From the NCBI GenBank assembly GCA_000004985.1, contig GG738880.1: a stretch of 64,000 bases of DNA; one strand, given 5' to 3'. Numbering within the stretch: position 1 is the stretch's first letter; each line of letters opens with the position of its first letter. Both the position numbers and the translations under genes were made by a program. The DNA is from Naegleria gruberi (taxonomy: Eukaryota). Shown here one piece after another: positions 23,310-34,303 of this stretch. The notes below the pieces were generated by a model. It had not been told where the DNA came from and made no database searches. It was given only the letters and a program-made list of their open reading frames with translations.

Positions 23310-25544
23310 ATGATTCCACCTCCGCCACCACCACTGAGTGGTTCATCACCATCAACTAATCGACTTCCACCACCTCCCCCTTCTTCTTTGATTTCAATTC
23401 CGAAGCAACCAAAGAAGAAAATTATAGAAAAGAAAAAACCAGAAGAAGAAATCAAGCAGCAAATTGATGAGGAAATTGTTCAGCAGCATCAGCAATTTGT
23501 GGTGGATGAATCAATGGTGGTTAAGGATTTGTGTTCGTTATCGGGAGTTAATCCATTGTATAGTGATTTGAAGATTTTGTTGGTGGCTACATTTTCAAGA
23601 CCAAATCATAGTGCTAAGGTTTTGGAAGAATCAATTCAAAATTCAATTCTGGAAAGTGGTAGAACTCCTGATATTGTATTGACCCCTGAAGGTTGGCATG
23701 CAAGTCCACTCATGTCAACACCTGATAGAAATATTGTAATGAATAAGGAATTGGAGGGAATGTGTCAAGTAATGAAGAATCACAAATGTTATGGATTTAT
23801 TGGAGTGAAGGTGTGGGCAGTTGATGAAAAATTAAAGCCAATCAACAAGTACTACAACTCAATGATAGTAATCAATCCAGATGGTGAAGTGTTGGGCTGT
23901 TACCGAAAGAGAGTACCAACCAGTGCTGAGAGTAGTACTCCTGGTGATAGGATTGGAATTTTTGATACCATCTATGGAAGGATTGCAGTATTGATTTGTT
24001 TTGATATTGAGAATCAAGTAATTTTGGATGAAGTTTTGGCTTACAAACCATTCCTTATTTTAAATCCAACTTATATTGGAGGAGTTGGTTTGCATGATAA
24101 CACACTTTCAAAGAAATCTACTCTAATGACTGAAAATGAGGAGAAATCGAGAAGATTTCAAGTGAAAATCTCTCTTGAAGCTCTTGGCAGAAATTTTGAA
24201 AAAGTTTGCAAAGATAATAATGTGACCATTCTAAGATGTGACACTCCAGTTCACTATGGAGGAAGAGGAACTCACCAATTGATGACACCTTATTCTACCG
24301 TTTACCCACCATCATATTATGCAGAGAATTCATTTTCTTTCTATGTGGATAGAGTTGGTGTGGTTGGTAATAATTTTGCTGAAAATACTGAACCTCCAGA
24401 AAGAGAAAGAACTCACAATGAAGACAATGTTGGTCCAAGATATACCTTGTTTAGTAATTCTCATCAGGATGTTGTTTTGAGGTCAGAAAACATCAATCCA
24501 AATTTCAAGGTTACATTCTTCAATCACAACAGACTCATTTGTTCTGATGAAAGAAGAATTACAGTTGTAAATACAGATATTATGGCATGTGAAAATTTCT
24601 CACTGGATCATGTATCACTTTCAGTTGATTCAGATGGAAATTTCAAAGTGAATGATTCTAAAATTGATGAAGAAATTAGAATTGTAGATATTTGGACTAG
24701 ATTTGATAAGAAACACCTTATTGTCTTGATGAGTGATGGAAATGTTGGATTATTCAAAGTTTTAGACGAGGAACGTTTGAAGGTTGCTAATAATTCCATT
24801 TTGTGTTTGGAGAAACAATTCAAATGGGATTGCTCTCTTGTTGATCCAAATTCGAGAATTATTGCTCCAAATAATAACATGCTATTCATTGCCTCAAGCA
24901 AGAGTATTGTACAATTAGGCAATTTGAGCGGTGGAGAATTTATTGGAAAGACATTTTTATTGGAGAATGAAGTTTCCAAGCATGTTAGTATCTCTGATAG
25001 CATGATTGAGTACCTTTCCCTTAATAACAAATCAATCAGCTTGGTGTTATTGGATCTTTCAACAGGAAACTCCTCCATTTCCAGCACTTTAAATTTAGAA
25101 GAAATTTCTTCAAAAAGATTAGAATCATCTCTCGAGCCAAATTCTTTCATTCTCACTGAATTCGACCCAAGCAATCAGAATGTAATCTCCCTCACCCCTC
25201 TCAAAGTTCAAAACCATCAAATAAGCATTCAACCTAACCATGTAAAATTACCAGAAAATTCCTCCTCTATCATATCCCTCAATTCCTCCAAATTCATTTG
25301 TGGTCAACAAGATGGCACTCTCAAATTATTGGATTCCTCATGCTCTTCTGATTTGATAAGACATAAATTCCATCCTTATCCATCCCTCAAATCAACACGA
25401 GTTGTTTCACTCATCCATGATAAACAAAATGGTAGATTGATATCAATTCATCAACACAAAACACAACCAGATGGATACTTACTCTGTATGGCCAAGTTTG
25501 GAAATAATAGATTTGTGGCCAATCTCACTACTCTCTTTCAATAA
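23310..25544 (+). CDS. Carbon-nitrogen hydrolase (nitrilase superfamily) domain protein with a Pro-rich N-terminus and a long C-terminal extension of unknown function
   Basis: A 744-codon ORF. The CN-hydrolase catalytic triad context is present: E in DIVLTPEGW, K in GCYRKRVP and C in RIAVLICFDIE. The C-terminal 450 residues are Ser/Asn/Leu-rich and look like a beta-strand repeat, but I do not recognise them. Confidence 0.65.
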   Translation: MIPPPPPPLSGSSPSTNRLPPPPPSSLISIPKQPKKKIIEKKKPEEEIKQQIDEEIVQQHQQFVVDESMVVKDLCSLSGVNPLYSDLKILLVATFSRPNHSAKVLEESIQNSILESGRTPDIVLTPEGWHASPLMSTPDRNIVMNKELEGMCQVMKNHKCYGFIGVKVWAVDEKLKPINKYYNSMIVINPDGEVLGCYRKRVPTSAESSTPGDRIGIFDTIYGRIAVLICFDIENQVILDEVLAYKPFLILNPTYIGGVGLHDNTLSKKSTLMTENEEKSRRFQVKISLEALGRNFEKVCKDNNVTILRCDTPVHYGGRGTHQLMTPYSTVYPPSYYAENSFSFYVDRVGVVGNNFAENTEPPERERTHNEDNVGPRYTLFSNSHQDVVLRSENINPNFKVTFFNHNRLICSDERRITVVNTDIMACENFSLDHVSLSVDSDGNFKVNDSKIDEEIRIVDIWTRFDKKHLIVLMSDGNVGLFKVLDEERLKVANNSILCLEKQFKWDCSLVDPNSRIIAPNNNMLFIASSKSIVQLGNLSGGEFIGKTFLLENEVSKHVSISDSMIEYLSLNNKSISLVLLDLSTGNSSISSTLNLEEISSKRLESSLEPNSFILTEFDPSNQNVISLTPLKVQNHQISIQPNHVKLPENSSSIISLNSSKFICGQQDGTLKLLDSSCSSDLIRHKFHPYPSLKSTRVVSLIHDKQNGRLISIHQHKTQPDGYLLCMAKFGNNRFVANLTTLFQ

Positions 25545-25646
25545 TTATTATTGTAATGTACATAAATCCTAGCATTAATTTATTCATAGTAAATAGTTCA
25601 ATAATTCTCACCAAGAATAAATTCAATATTCTCATATAATTATCAA

Positions 25647-26495
25647 TTAAATTCCTTCAGCTTGTTGTTTTTTTCTTTCCTTGTAATATTTCCAACAATT
25701 TTGAGTTTCAAACGTAACATAAATTGCCATATAAATCAAGCATCCAACTGCAACACATCCAAACACTATCGACACTGTTTTCATTACCAATCTTGGTCCA
25801 TAAACATAGGCAAATGAAGTTTTAGCAGTTTCGTCTCCAATCGAATATGCATTAATATAACACTTTGTAGTAGAATTAACAGTCAATGTAGTAAAAAACA
25901 ATGATGATGATGCATACGGTTCAGTCCTCCTAATTTGACGTAAATTTGTCACTGTACTATTAAAACTTGTATTCTCCAGGGTAAGTTTCACCTTCGATCG
26001 ACAGAATGTTCTACAACCAGCCAATGAATAATTCGCTGGTACAATATCCAAATTATTATTTACACACTCATTGGTACAATTCACTTTATGTTCCATCACA
26101 ATGCACGGCACTGTCGTTGACAATTCTTCATTATCAACCATGCCATCAACAATTCCTCCTAAAATTACAGAAACCAATCCGAATGCACACAACATGACGA
26201 AAATTAACATGGCCCAAAAAGTTGTCTTTTGCGATAGCCACACATAACACACTGAATTTTTGAATTTATCATTTGTAGCATTCCTGTTGTTGCTGATGGG
26301 ATTCTCAGTTTCTTGTGTTGCCATTTTTTTCAATGTGTGCTGATTGGCTAGCGAGTTTGTGCTTGTGGCTTTATTTGTCGAATTGTTCACTGAGTATTTG
26401 GTGACAAGTATGACAGGCCAACCTTTGTAAAGATTCCACATTGTTGCAACTAGGGTGTTTGCAGATGCATTCTTCCTTTGAAAGTAATTGCTCAA
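25647..26495 (-). CDS. Hypothetical membrane protein with two TM helices flanking a Cys-containing, N-glycosylation-rich loop
   Basis: A 282-codon ORF with hydrophobic segments WAMLIFVMLCAFGLVSVILGGIV and VSIVFGCVAVGCLIYMAIYV. No family is recognised, and the start codon is uncertain (an internal Met gives MATQETENP...). Confidence 0.35.
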   Translation of the reverse strand: MSNYFQRKNASANTLVATMWNLYKGWPVILVTKYSVNNSTNKATSTNSLANQHTLKKMATQETENPISNNRNATNDKFKNSVCYVWLSQKTTFWAMLIFVMLCAFGLVSVILGGIVDGMVDNEELSTTVPCIVMEHKVNCTNECVNNNLDIVPANYSLAGCRTFCRSKVKLTLENTSFNSTVTNLRQIRRTEPYASSSLFFTTLTVNSTTKCYINAYSIGDETAKTSFAYVYGPRLVMKTVSIVFGCVAVGCLIYMAIYVTFETQNCWKYYKERKKQQAEGI

Positions 26496-26518
26496 TTTTG
26501 AACATTGTGCAAGTTTGA

Positions 26519-28219
26519 TTATCTTTGTGAAATAGTGTTAATTTTGGGTATCGTTGGAGAGGAAGAGGATGCAGATACCTCAATCTTTTTCAATTTCTTC
26601 ATTGCCTTTTCGTGATGGAGAACAATTTCCTTCACACAACTCTTCTTACAATTCAAGTGATTGATAATTGGACTCACTTGTTCCTCCTTCTCAATGGAAA
26701 TGTAGAGAGAGGCCTGAACTGATTCATCCACATTGAACAGCACAGAAAAATTGAAAATATTTGGGAAATTGCTTTGGAGCTCTTTGAAATAGTGATACGT
26801 CTTGATGACATTCAATCGACAATAGGTATCACAATGTCCCTGAATCCAAAATCTGATTACATAGTGAATTTGTGAGTGTTTGCTGTGTCCCTTTTGCTTG
26901 ATAGAGGCCATGAGCTTATCCAATAGAACTTTCTTCTTGGAGGAATGTCTGAGTGCATTGGTATCAGCAGATCTTACTTTATAGGTAAACCATGAACGAA
27001 TCCAATCTGGACTTGATGCAAGCACCAAGTAAATGGAGCCCAGATGTTTACCCTTCAAATGACTAGTTTCTTCATCAATTTCAAACTTGGTTTGATTCAA
27101 AATTGGTAATAAATTTTGTTGATTCAGGTAAAAGAGAACATAATTGAGTGCTCTGCTTTTCATGGCATATTTCAATCGTTTTTGTTTCTTTGTACTTGTT
27201 TCGAGTAGATTTTCAAAATGTTGTTGAATAAGTTCAATTGATTCTACCTCCATTGTAGTTCCATAATCCATATTGAGTAAATCAGTAATGTGAATCGTAG
27301 AATAGTCTGAAAATTTGTCCTTTGGTCTATGATTGATAAATATTGATTCCTCTCTTTGTTTATCATGATTAGATTCTTGTTGAATCTTATCTGAAAGTCT
27401 AAAACTCTTCAAAAATCTGGTATATCGATCATTGTTGAATATTGACTGCATATAGGATTTTTGTAAATGTTTAAAATGTACATTTTCCTCTTCCAAATGT
27501 CCTAACTTGTAATCCTCAGAGTAGGCCAATGAAAATCCCTTACTTCCAAACGTCATTTGAATAAAATGTTTGAGAAATGATTCCTGCTGACTGAGTGACA
27601 ATCTACTATCCCATCGATTATACTCCTCCGAATCCAATTTTCCACCAACTTTCTTTGAGTTTGATGAAACTCTCAAAATCATATTTTCCTCCTTAGGAAA
27701 TAAAAATCTGAAATAAATCTTTTCATTCTTCTTAAATCGATCACCAAATGATGCAAATTTCGTATCCCAAGCCAACATGTTAAAGTAATTTCTCTCCTGC
27801 ACCAACGATGAATGAAAAACAAAATCAAAATACACCAACGCAGCAATCTCTGCCAATATAAAATTGTACGGCGAATCCTCCTGCAGCATGATATTCAGAC
27901 GAATTCTATTCTGATTGTAATTATAATTATATTCCTGATCCCTTTTGTATTGATGAGAGTGAACATCGTCGAAAATATTTTCACCACCACCACCACCACC
28001 TCCTCCTCCTCCGAGTGTTGCTGAATCGTGATCAGAACCTCCAGCACCTAATTGGCCATTCAGAGGTGAGGAAGTTGATGATGATGTATGAAGAGCAGAT
28101 TTTTGGATTTGAAAGTAAAAGTAGAAGAATAATTGGATAACTATAAAGATGACTATGAATTTCCTCCGAAAATTGGTTTGATTTTGTTGAAAGGTGTTTC
28201 CCACATTGTCATTGTTCAT
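26519..28219 (-). CDS. Hypothetical type II (signal-anchor) membrane protein with a Gly-run stem, possibly a Golgi-type modifying enzyme
   Basis: A 566-codon ORF. It has an N-terminal hydrophobic anchor (FIVIFIVIQLFFYFYF), then a G10 tract, then a large globular domain. I could not assign a family. Confidence 0.45.
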   Translation of the reverse strand: MNNDNVGNTFQQNQTNFRRKFIVIFIVIQLFFYFYFQIQKSALHTSSSTSSPLNGQLGAGGSDHDSATLGGGGGGGGGGENIFDDVHSHQYKRDQEYNYNYNQNRIRLNIMLQEDSPYNFILAEIAALVYFDFVFHSSLVQERNYFNMLAWDTKFASFGDRFKKNEKIYFRFLFPKEENMILRVSSNSKKVGGKLDSEEYNRWDSRLSLSQQESFLKHFIQMTFGSKGFSLAYSEDYKLGHLEEENVHFKHLQKSYMQSIFNNDRYTRFLKSFRLSDKIQQESNHDKQREESIFINHRPKDKFSDYSTIHITDLLNMDYGTTMEVESIELIQQHFENLLETSTKKQKRLKYAMKSRALNYVLFYLNQQNLLPILNQTKFEIDEETSHLKGKHLGSIYLVLASSPDWIRSWFTYKVRSADTNALRHSSKKKVLLDKLMASIKQKGHSKHSQIHYVIRFWIQGHCDTYCRLNVIKTYHYFKELQSNFPNIFNFSVLFNVDESVQASLYISIEKEEQVSPIINHLNCKKSCVKEIVLHHEKAMKKLKKIEVSASSSSPTIPKINTISQR

Positions 28220-28304
28220 TTTTTTTTAATATTTAATATTTTAAATTTTGTTTAATTTTTAATATTTTTAAATATATTATTGTAAAGGTTGGGTAATATG
28301 AATT

Positions 28305-29435
28305 TTAAATTCTATCAAGTGATATTCCACCCATTCCACAAACTTTCAATTGGTTTTTCATTCCTTTAATATAATTTTCTCCAATAATGTCAATGTCATT
28401 ATTTGTAATACACAAACTTGACAATGATTTCAATTTACTGACAGAAAGTGCACCTTCTGAGCTCAATCCATTTTGGGCCACATCTAGGAATGTTAATTTC
28501 TTCAATTTACTTATCTCTTTCATCCCCTCATCTCCAACATAATTGAATCGAATATTGAGATAGGTCAATTCTTTCAATTCTCCAATACATTTTGCCAAAT
28601 CTGGAGTTACATGATTGTATCCAATATTTAACAATCTTAAATTTTGCAGCTCACCTAAGCATTTCACAGAGCTGGCATGGAATGTGTTTGATTGAATGTC
28701 CAAAGAGGTCAATAATTTGAGTTTACATATAGAATCGATTCCATCATTATGTATTTCATTGCATCCAACATTGAGTTCTGTTAAATTCTCCAATTGACTA
28801 ATTAATTTGGCTCCAGCTGTATTGATATTATTATAGCTCATGTTAAGGAATGTTAAATTTTTCAAATTTGTGCTTATTGATTCAACACCTTCGATACCCA
28901 ATGGATTTTTACAAATGTCAAGATAGGTCAATTGACTCATTTGACTGATTGACTTGGCACCTTGATTGCCAATATGACTTGTTCCAACATCAAGCTTTTT
29001 CAGCTTTGTCAATTGACTTAAAAGTGCAGCTCCTTCATTTCCTATTTGATTTCGGCTAATACTCAGTGATGTTAGATTTTCCATGATGGAAACAAGATTC
29101 GAAACTGTTGATCCACATCCATGTACTTGTAACACCTCGATTTGATTCAAAAATTGACAATTTGAATCCATCAGACTAAACATTCTCTTGTTTAAACTTA
29201 GTGAAAGTTTCAGTCGATTTTTAATAATTCGGAAGAATTGTTTTGAAACCAATAAATATTTCAATACATCACACGATTCAAGATAATTGAAAATTTCATA
29301 GCAAACATCATCGGAAAATACTTCATCTTGATTTAATTTAAATATTTACAAGATTTTAATATATTAAAAGTTTAATAATTATTAACGAAAAGGTGTTTAC
29401 TTACCACTTGATCGTCGTCTTGTTGTCATTAACAT
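28305..29435 (-). CDS. F-box / RNI-like leucine-rich-repeat protein. Proposed exons: 29435..29405, 29326..28305.
   Basis: Exon 1 (MLMTTRRRSS) joins through a 78-nt intron to DEVFSDDVCYEIFNYLESCDVLKYLLVSKQFF, an F-box-like motif. About ten 28-29-residue RNI-type LRRs follow (NLTSLSISRNQIGNEGAALLSQLTKLKKLDVGTSHIGNQGAKSIS...). Confidence 0.65.
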
Positions 29436-29559
29436 GATGTGTGAAGATTTTTCAATTTTTTTGGATTTGTATTTCACATTGTGAAATTAGAAAATTTAAA
29501 TTTGTTTGATGAAAATATTAAGGATTGCGTAACAATTATTGTTATTTCAATTAAATTAT

Positions 29560-31788
29560 TTAAAAATAGTTAGAGGTGATGGAGTTGTTGAGTTTTTCGA
29601 GAACTCGTTTGTAGGTTTTTCCAGCTCTTTCGTATCCCATTTTGGCTGAGGTTTCGAATAATTTGATTGCCTCCATTTGATTTGTATCGAGATAGTAACC
29701 ACCCTGATAAAGACAAGCCATAATATAGATGTACAAGGGAGAACTAGGATTGGCTTGACATTGTGCAACGAGAGGTTTCAAAACTGTAAAGGCCAAATCA
29801 TGATATTTCTGTTTACATGCCAACTTTCCACATTTATAATATCCGAAAGGTATCAAAAAGTTTGGAGTGCAAGATGCTTTGTAATAATCGATAGCTCTGT
29901 ACACATTTTGTTTGTATCCACCTTTTCCCTTCTCGAAATAATATCCCTCAATATAAGAGATATAATATTGAGCTTCTGGATATGTATCTTTGGTTTTAGT
30001 GAGACATTCCATAGCTTGTGTGTAATGTTTCTCATAAAAGTACTCTAAACCCAATTTGAATAAGTAAGATTGTTCGTTTGTCTGTAGGAATAGAGAGGTA
30101 AACTTGATGGCAGCCTCCAGATCTTTGAATTTGCCTTTCACTCCACTTATGCACATGAATGCAAGTCCAAAGATTGCGTTCTTGTTACCTCTTGAAACAC
30201 CTGCCTCATAAAACCGTTTTGCATCCTCTCCATTAGCAAAAAATTGATCACTCCTATAAAAATCTCCCAACTTGGTAATTATATCTGTTGTCTTTTCAGA
30301 AATATTGTCAAATAATAATTGCAATAGTCCATTATTTGCATCCAATATTCCAATAAAGTATAAAGTATCTAGCATGGGGTCAGTAAAATTGATTTGATTG
30401 TGTCCATCCTCCTTCTTAACTAGATCAGTTTTGTTACCTGAATCTCTCAGTATCTCAAATTCTTTTCTATAAATTTCCATGCCCTTCTCAAATCCATTTT
30501 GATCTTTAGCCCGTTTCGAAACTCTTGTGTATCGATAGAGAAAGTTAGAATTGTTTAAATGTTTCTCAAAATATGATGCAGCACTTTTGAAGTTATTTAG
30601 GCATACCTCATAGATGTGTCCAATTTGAAAATGAGCTTCTTCTTTTTCAAATCTCTCTAAGATTCTGTAATAATAAATAGCTGTTTTGAAATCCTGTGGT
30701 AAAACAAGAGGAACTCCTTCTTGATAACCTCTAGCCATTTTCTTGATTGCCCTAACATTATTTTGATTTGCTGCCTTTCTATAATAGTCGTAGGCCTGTA
30801 CCCAGTCTTTCTCTACTCCATGACCATTTTCAAATGCCATAGCAACATTAAGAGTGCAATTAGGAACATCTTCAGCTCCCTTTAAATAATTCTCAAAGGC
30901 TGTTTTGTAATCCTTTGCAACGTATCTTCCCTTGTAATACATGTATCCAATAAACTCATAAGCCTTTGGCTCATTTTCACTTGCAAGTGTAAAGAAGTGA
31001 AAGGCCTTTTTGTAATCTTGGAAATCTTTGTTTGAGTAAAAGAATGTTGCAACGTCAAAATATGAATGTAAATGAAGTCTATTAAAACAATAATAGTACT
31101 TGTTCTTATCCGATTCCCAAAAACTAAAGCTTCCAACAACAATCTTAAAGTCTGGATGAAAGGAATCGAATAAATAGCCAATATAACCAGTACGGTTATT
31201 CATAACATCCAACAATCTCAAATTCTTTTTTAAAAGATCAATGAAATTGCTATCCAAAATATGTCTAAAATCTTCATAATTTAATGCCAGTGCTTGTAAC
31301 ACTAAAGTTCTCAAATTATTAAATTTACAAAGGGTCAAAAATGTAATCAACTCTTCTTTGGCTCCTTCAATTTCTCCATATATTGACATATTTACAACAT
31401 TAGATTCATAATTTAACATGTTTGAAAATTTAAATCCACAATTTACACAAATAATTGTCTTGCATTCTCTAAAAATCACTCTGGTTTCTCCTTCAGTAAA
31501 TCTTTCCATCACGAATAGAAATTCACGTACACGTGCCTGATAATTTCTGAAAATTTCTCGGCACCTAGTCGATACCAATGAAAATCTAATCACTTCCAAA
31601 TTATCCAAATATTTTAATATGTGTTCACTAAAAACATCCGAGTCTATTTCATGCAATAGTCTATTTGTTTCAGAAATAATTTTTCGTTGTTTACCAACTG
31701 GTGGCAAATAACGATCATCTGATTCGGAATGATCGCACGAGTCTTCTCTTCTTGTTCTCTTTGAAAGCATTTTTTTGTAATTGATCAA
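29560..31788 (-). CDS. F-box-like / Sel1-repeat (TPR-like) protein
   Basis: A 742-codon ORF. The N-terminus has an F-box-like segment (SDVFSEHILKYLDNLEVIRFSLVSTRCREIF). Multiple Sel1-type repeats follow (AYEFIGYMYYKGRYVAKDYKTAFENYLKGAE...AMAFENGHGVEKDWVQAYDYYRKAA). Confidence 0.65.
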   Translation of the reverse strand: MINYKKMLSKRTRREDSCDHSESDDRYLPPVGKQRKIISETNRLLHEIDSDVFSEHILKYLDNLEVIRFSLVSTRCREIFRNYQARVREFLFVMERFTEGETRVIFRECKTIICVNCGFKFSNMLNYESNVVNMSIYGEIEGAKEELITFLTLCKFNNLRTLVLQALALNYEDFRHILDSNFIDLLKKNLRLLDVMNNRTGYIGYLFDSFHPDFKIVVGSFSFWESDKNKYYYCFNRLHLHSYFDVATFFYSNKDFQDYKKAFHFFTLASENEPKAYEFIGYMYYKGRYVAKDYKTAFENYLKGAEDVPNCTLNVAMAFENGHGVEKDWVQAYDYYRKAANQNNVRAIKKMARGYQEGVPLVLPQDFKTAIYYYRILERFEKEEAHFQIGHIYEVCLNNFKSAASYFEKHLNNSNFLYRYTRVSKRAKDQNGFEKGMEIYRKEFEILRDSGNKTDLVKKEDGHNQINFTDPMLDTLYFIGILDANNGLLQLLFDNISEKTTDIITKLGDFYRSDQFFANGEDAKRFYEAGVSRGNKNAIFGLAFMCISGVKGKFKDLEAAIKFTSLFLQTNEQSYLFKLGLEYFYEKHYTQAMECLTKTKDTYPEAQYYISYIEGYYFEKGKGGYKQNVYRAIDYYKASCTPNFLIPFGYYKCGKLACKQKYHDLAFTVLKPLVAQCQANPSSPLYIYIMACLYQGGYYLDTNQMEAIKLFETSAKMGYERAGKTYKRVLEKLNNSITSNYF

Positions 31789-31919
31789 AAAACAAACAAA
31801 TTTTAAATATTTAAAATATTATTGGAATTCTTGAAGGTGTTGTTTGCCATGTTCATTACAGTTCATTAATAATAAGCAACTGGTTCATTAATATTACTTG
31901 TTTTTATTGCTTTTACATT

Positions 31920-32633
31920 TTAATGTTCCAATTCTTTAAGTGTTGGATAGTAGACACCTTCTTCTGGAACCCAAACAGTGTTAGAGTTTGATGAGGCAAC
32001 ACTTGTAACTTCAAATTGACCAGGAATTGGATGACCATATTGCATGTTATGGGAGTGGAGATACTTTCCAGTATCGACGTGTTTAAATCTAATTCCTTCG
32101 CCCTTTTCCAATTCAGAAGAACTATTTCCACTAACCAATTCAACAATCCAGTTATCACCAGTATCTTGTCCTTCATAACAACTGACTTCTTGTTGTCTGG
32201 AGAGAGGTGAAATGTGAAGATGAGAGTGTAATCTAGCTGATGTTTGAGCATGTTCCAATCTGATAACAGTACCTTGTTTAAGGACTGTACCTTGTGGACA
32301 TTCCTTAAGATCACTCTTTCCTGATGGATTGTATGCCGATTTAATTACCCAATAACTATTTTCATCACCTTCTCCTGGATAGCAAGTAATTGATTGTTGT
32401 CCACTTCCACTACCATATTTTACGGCATGACTATGTAATCTACAAGCCATTCCTTTGTGTCGTAATTTAATAATACTTCCACATGTAACTTTAATATTTT
32501 TTGGTTCCGGTGTTTCTTCTTGAAGTGTGATATCATCATCATCGTTGGATGCTTTCACCCGATCGATAACGAGACACAAACTGGCGACTATCAATAACAA
32601 GCCAAAAAGTACAAGTAATTGTTTGTTTTGCAT
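31920..32633 (-). CDS. MIR-domain protein, stromal cell-derived factor 2 (SDF2)-like, ER-lumenal
   Basis: Three MIR repeats align closely with SDF2 (VTCGSIIKLRHKGMACRLHSHAVKYGSGSGQQSITCY...SARLHSHLHISPLSRQQEVSCY...IRFKHVDTGKYLHSHNMQYGHPIPGQFEV). The start is set at the ATG that begins the signal peptide (MQNKQLLVLFGLLLIVASLCLVIDRVKA). The ORF track extends upstream to 32735 from a non-ATG start. The C-terminus ends KELEH. Confidence 0.75.
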   Translation of the reverse strand: MQNKQLLVLFGLLLIVASLCLVIDRVKASNDDDDITLQEETPEPKNIKVTCGSIIKLRHKGMACRLHSHAVKYGSGSGQQSITCYPGEGDENSYWVIKSAYNPSGKSDLKECPQGTVLKQGTVIRLEHAQTSARLHSHLHISPLSRQQEVSCYEGQDTGDNWIVELVSGNSSSELEKGEGIRFKHVDTGKYLHSHNMQYGHPIPGQFEVTSVASSNSNTVWVPEEGVYYPTLKELEH

Positions 32634-32812
32634 TTTTTTTCTTGTTGATTTTTCATTTATCAAACACGTGTTCATCATCCTCTTCGGAATATTGAATTTT
32701 ATTGGATAATAGAATTCTCTTTTTAATAAATACAAACTTAGAGTTGTTATTATTGTTAATTATTATTAATTGCTATTATGTGAGGAACTATTTATTAAAT
32801 TTAAATAAAAAA

Positions 32813-34164
32813 ATGATAAACAATCAAATGGTGGAGGAAAATCAAGCCTTTTCGGGATTGGTTTTGTTCGTGAGAAAGATGGGTAAAAAATTAGCCTTTC
32901 TAAAGGTGCTCACTCTTGGTCAATGTGATGATGAGAGTATTATTCAAAACTCTACAAATGTTACTCTTTTGCAAGAAAATCAGCAATGTTTGAATTATTA
33001 TTCGAATTTGGTGGGTTCCGTGACAAGAGTGACGAGACAATTAATGATAAAAGGACAAGAGGATTGGGTGAAGAATATTCGTGTTGGAGATTGGATTGAA
33101 GGAACTCTCACTAAGGATTTGTTAAATGATAAATCTCCTCCAATTTTGCAATCATTCTCACACTTGGAAAATTTCAATAATTGGACCAATGATTCATTCA
33201 CAATGTCATTATTAAATAATTTGAGAGATTCATTTACGGAAGAGGAGGCCATCTCTGAAAATCATCAGCAATCCAAAAAGAAGCTCTGTAAAAGTTTTAA
33301 ATTGGGAACCGAATGTACTGACAAGAATTGCGATAAGAGACATTTCTTTATTAATGAGCAGGAACGAGAACAAAATTACAGAGATGAAAATGACCCATAT
33401 TGTGGAGTGAATATTAATCCTCTCAAGTATGTAATTCATAAGAAGGAGAAGAAACAAAATCCACTTGCAGACCTTAAAGAATCACCATTTGCAAATGCAG
33501 ACCTTGTGGACTCTACCCCATTCAACCCAGTTCAGAAAATGGATAGAACAAGAAGGGCTCAAATATTTGCCAAATATCTTGTCGATAAATTTGGTTTGGA
33601 TAATTTAAAGAAGGGATGTGGAGTTTTGGATGTTGCTGGTATGTTTTTTCATCAAAACTGTTCGTTCTTCTGTTCTTAATTATTTCAGGTGGAAAAGGAG
33701 AAGTTTCATACTATTTACTAGCTGATTTTGGAATTCAATCAACAGTGGTTGATCCCAGACAAGCCTCCCTCTCTGAGAAACAATTATCAAAATTGAATTC
33801 CCTCCAATTAGAAGTGAAATACATGAATGAATATTTTACAAGTCAAGAAGAAGAGTGGAAAGAAGATTTCAAAACACTAGTTCAGAACTGCTCCTGTATC
33901 ATTGGGCTTCACCCAGACCAAGCAACAGAACCAATCCTAGATGTTTCACTTAAATATCAGAAATCATTTGCCATCGTTCCATGCTGTGTATTCCCTTCTC
34001 TCTTCCCTGATAGAAAGCTTTCAAGTGGTGAAAAAGTTGTCAATTATGCCTCATTCATTTCTTACCTTTTAGAAAAAGAACCATCCCTTCTCCAACTCGA
34101 TTATTTACCAGTCATGGGTATGAACAAGATCATTCTTCATAAACCAGAACATGAACAACGATAA
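32813..34164 (+). CDS. CCCH zinc-finger SAM-dependent methyltransferase (TRM44/TRM13-like tRNA methyltransferase candidate). Proposed exons: 32813..33638, 33689..34164.
   Basis: A C-x8-C-x4-C-x3-H finger (CKSFKLGTECTDKNCDKRHF) is present. SAM motif I (GCGVLDVAG|GKGE) spans a 50-nt GTATGT...TTTCAG intron, and the frames are consistent. The C-terminal exon carries the rest of a Rossmann-like methyltransferase fold. The TRM44/TRM13 family assignment is from memory only. Confidence 0.5.
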
Positions 34165-34303
34165 TTTATTTCATTCTCACTTCTTCATCATATCTACTCC
34201 AATTCATTGACCTTTCCTCTCATAATCGTTACTTGAAACAAATAACCTAGTTTTTTAACACTTTGGCGCCAAAACTATCCGTGACAAAAAATTAGAAAAA
34301 AAA

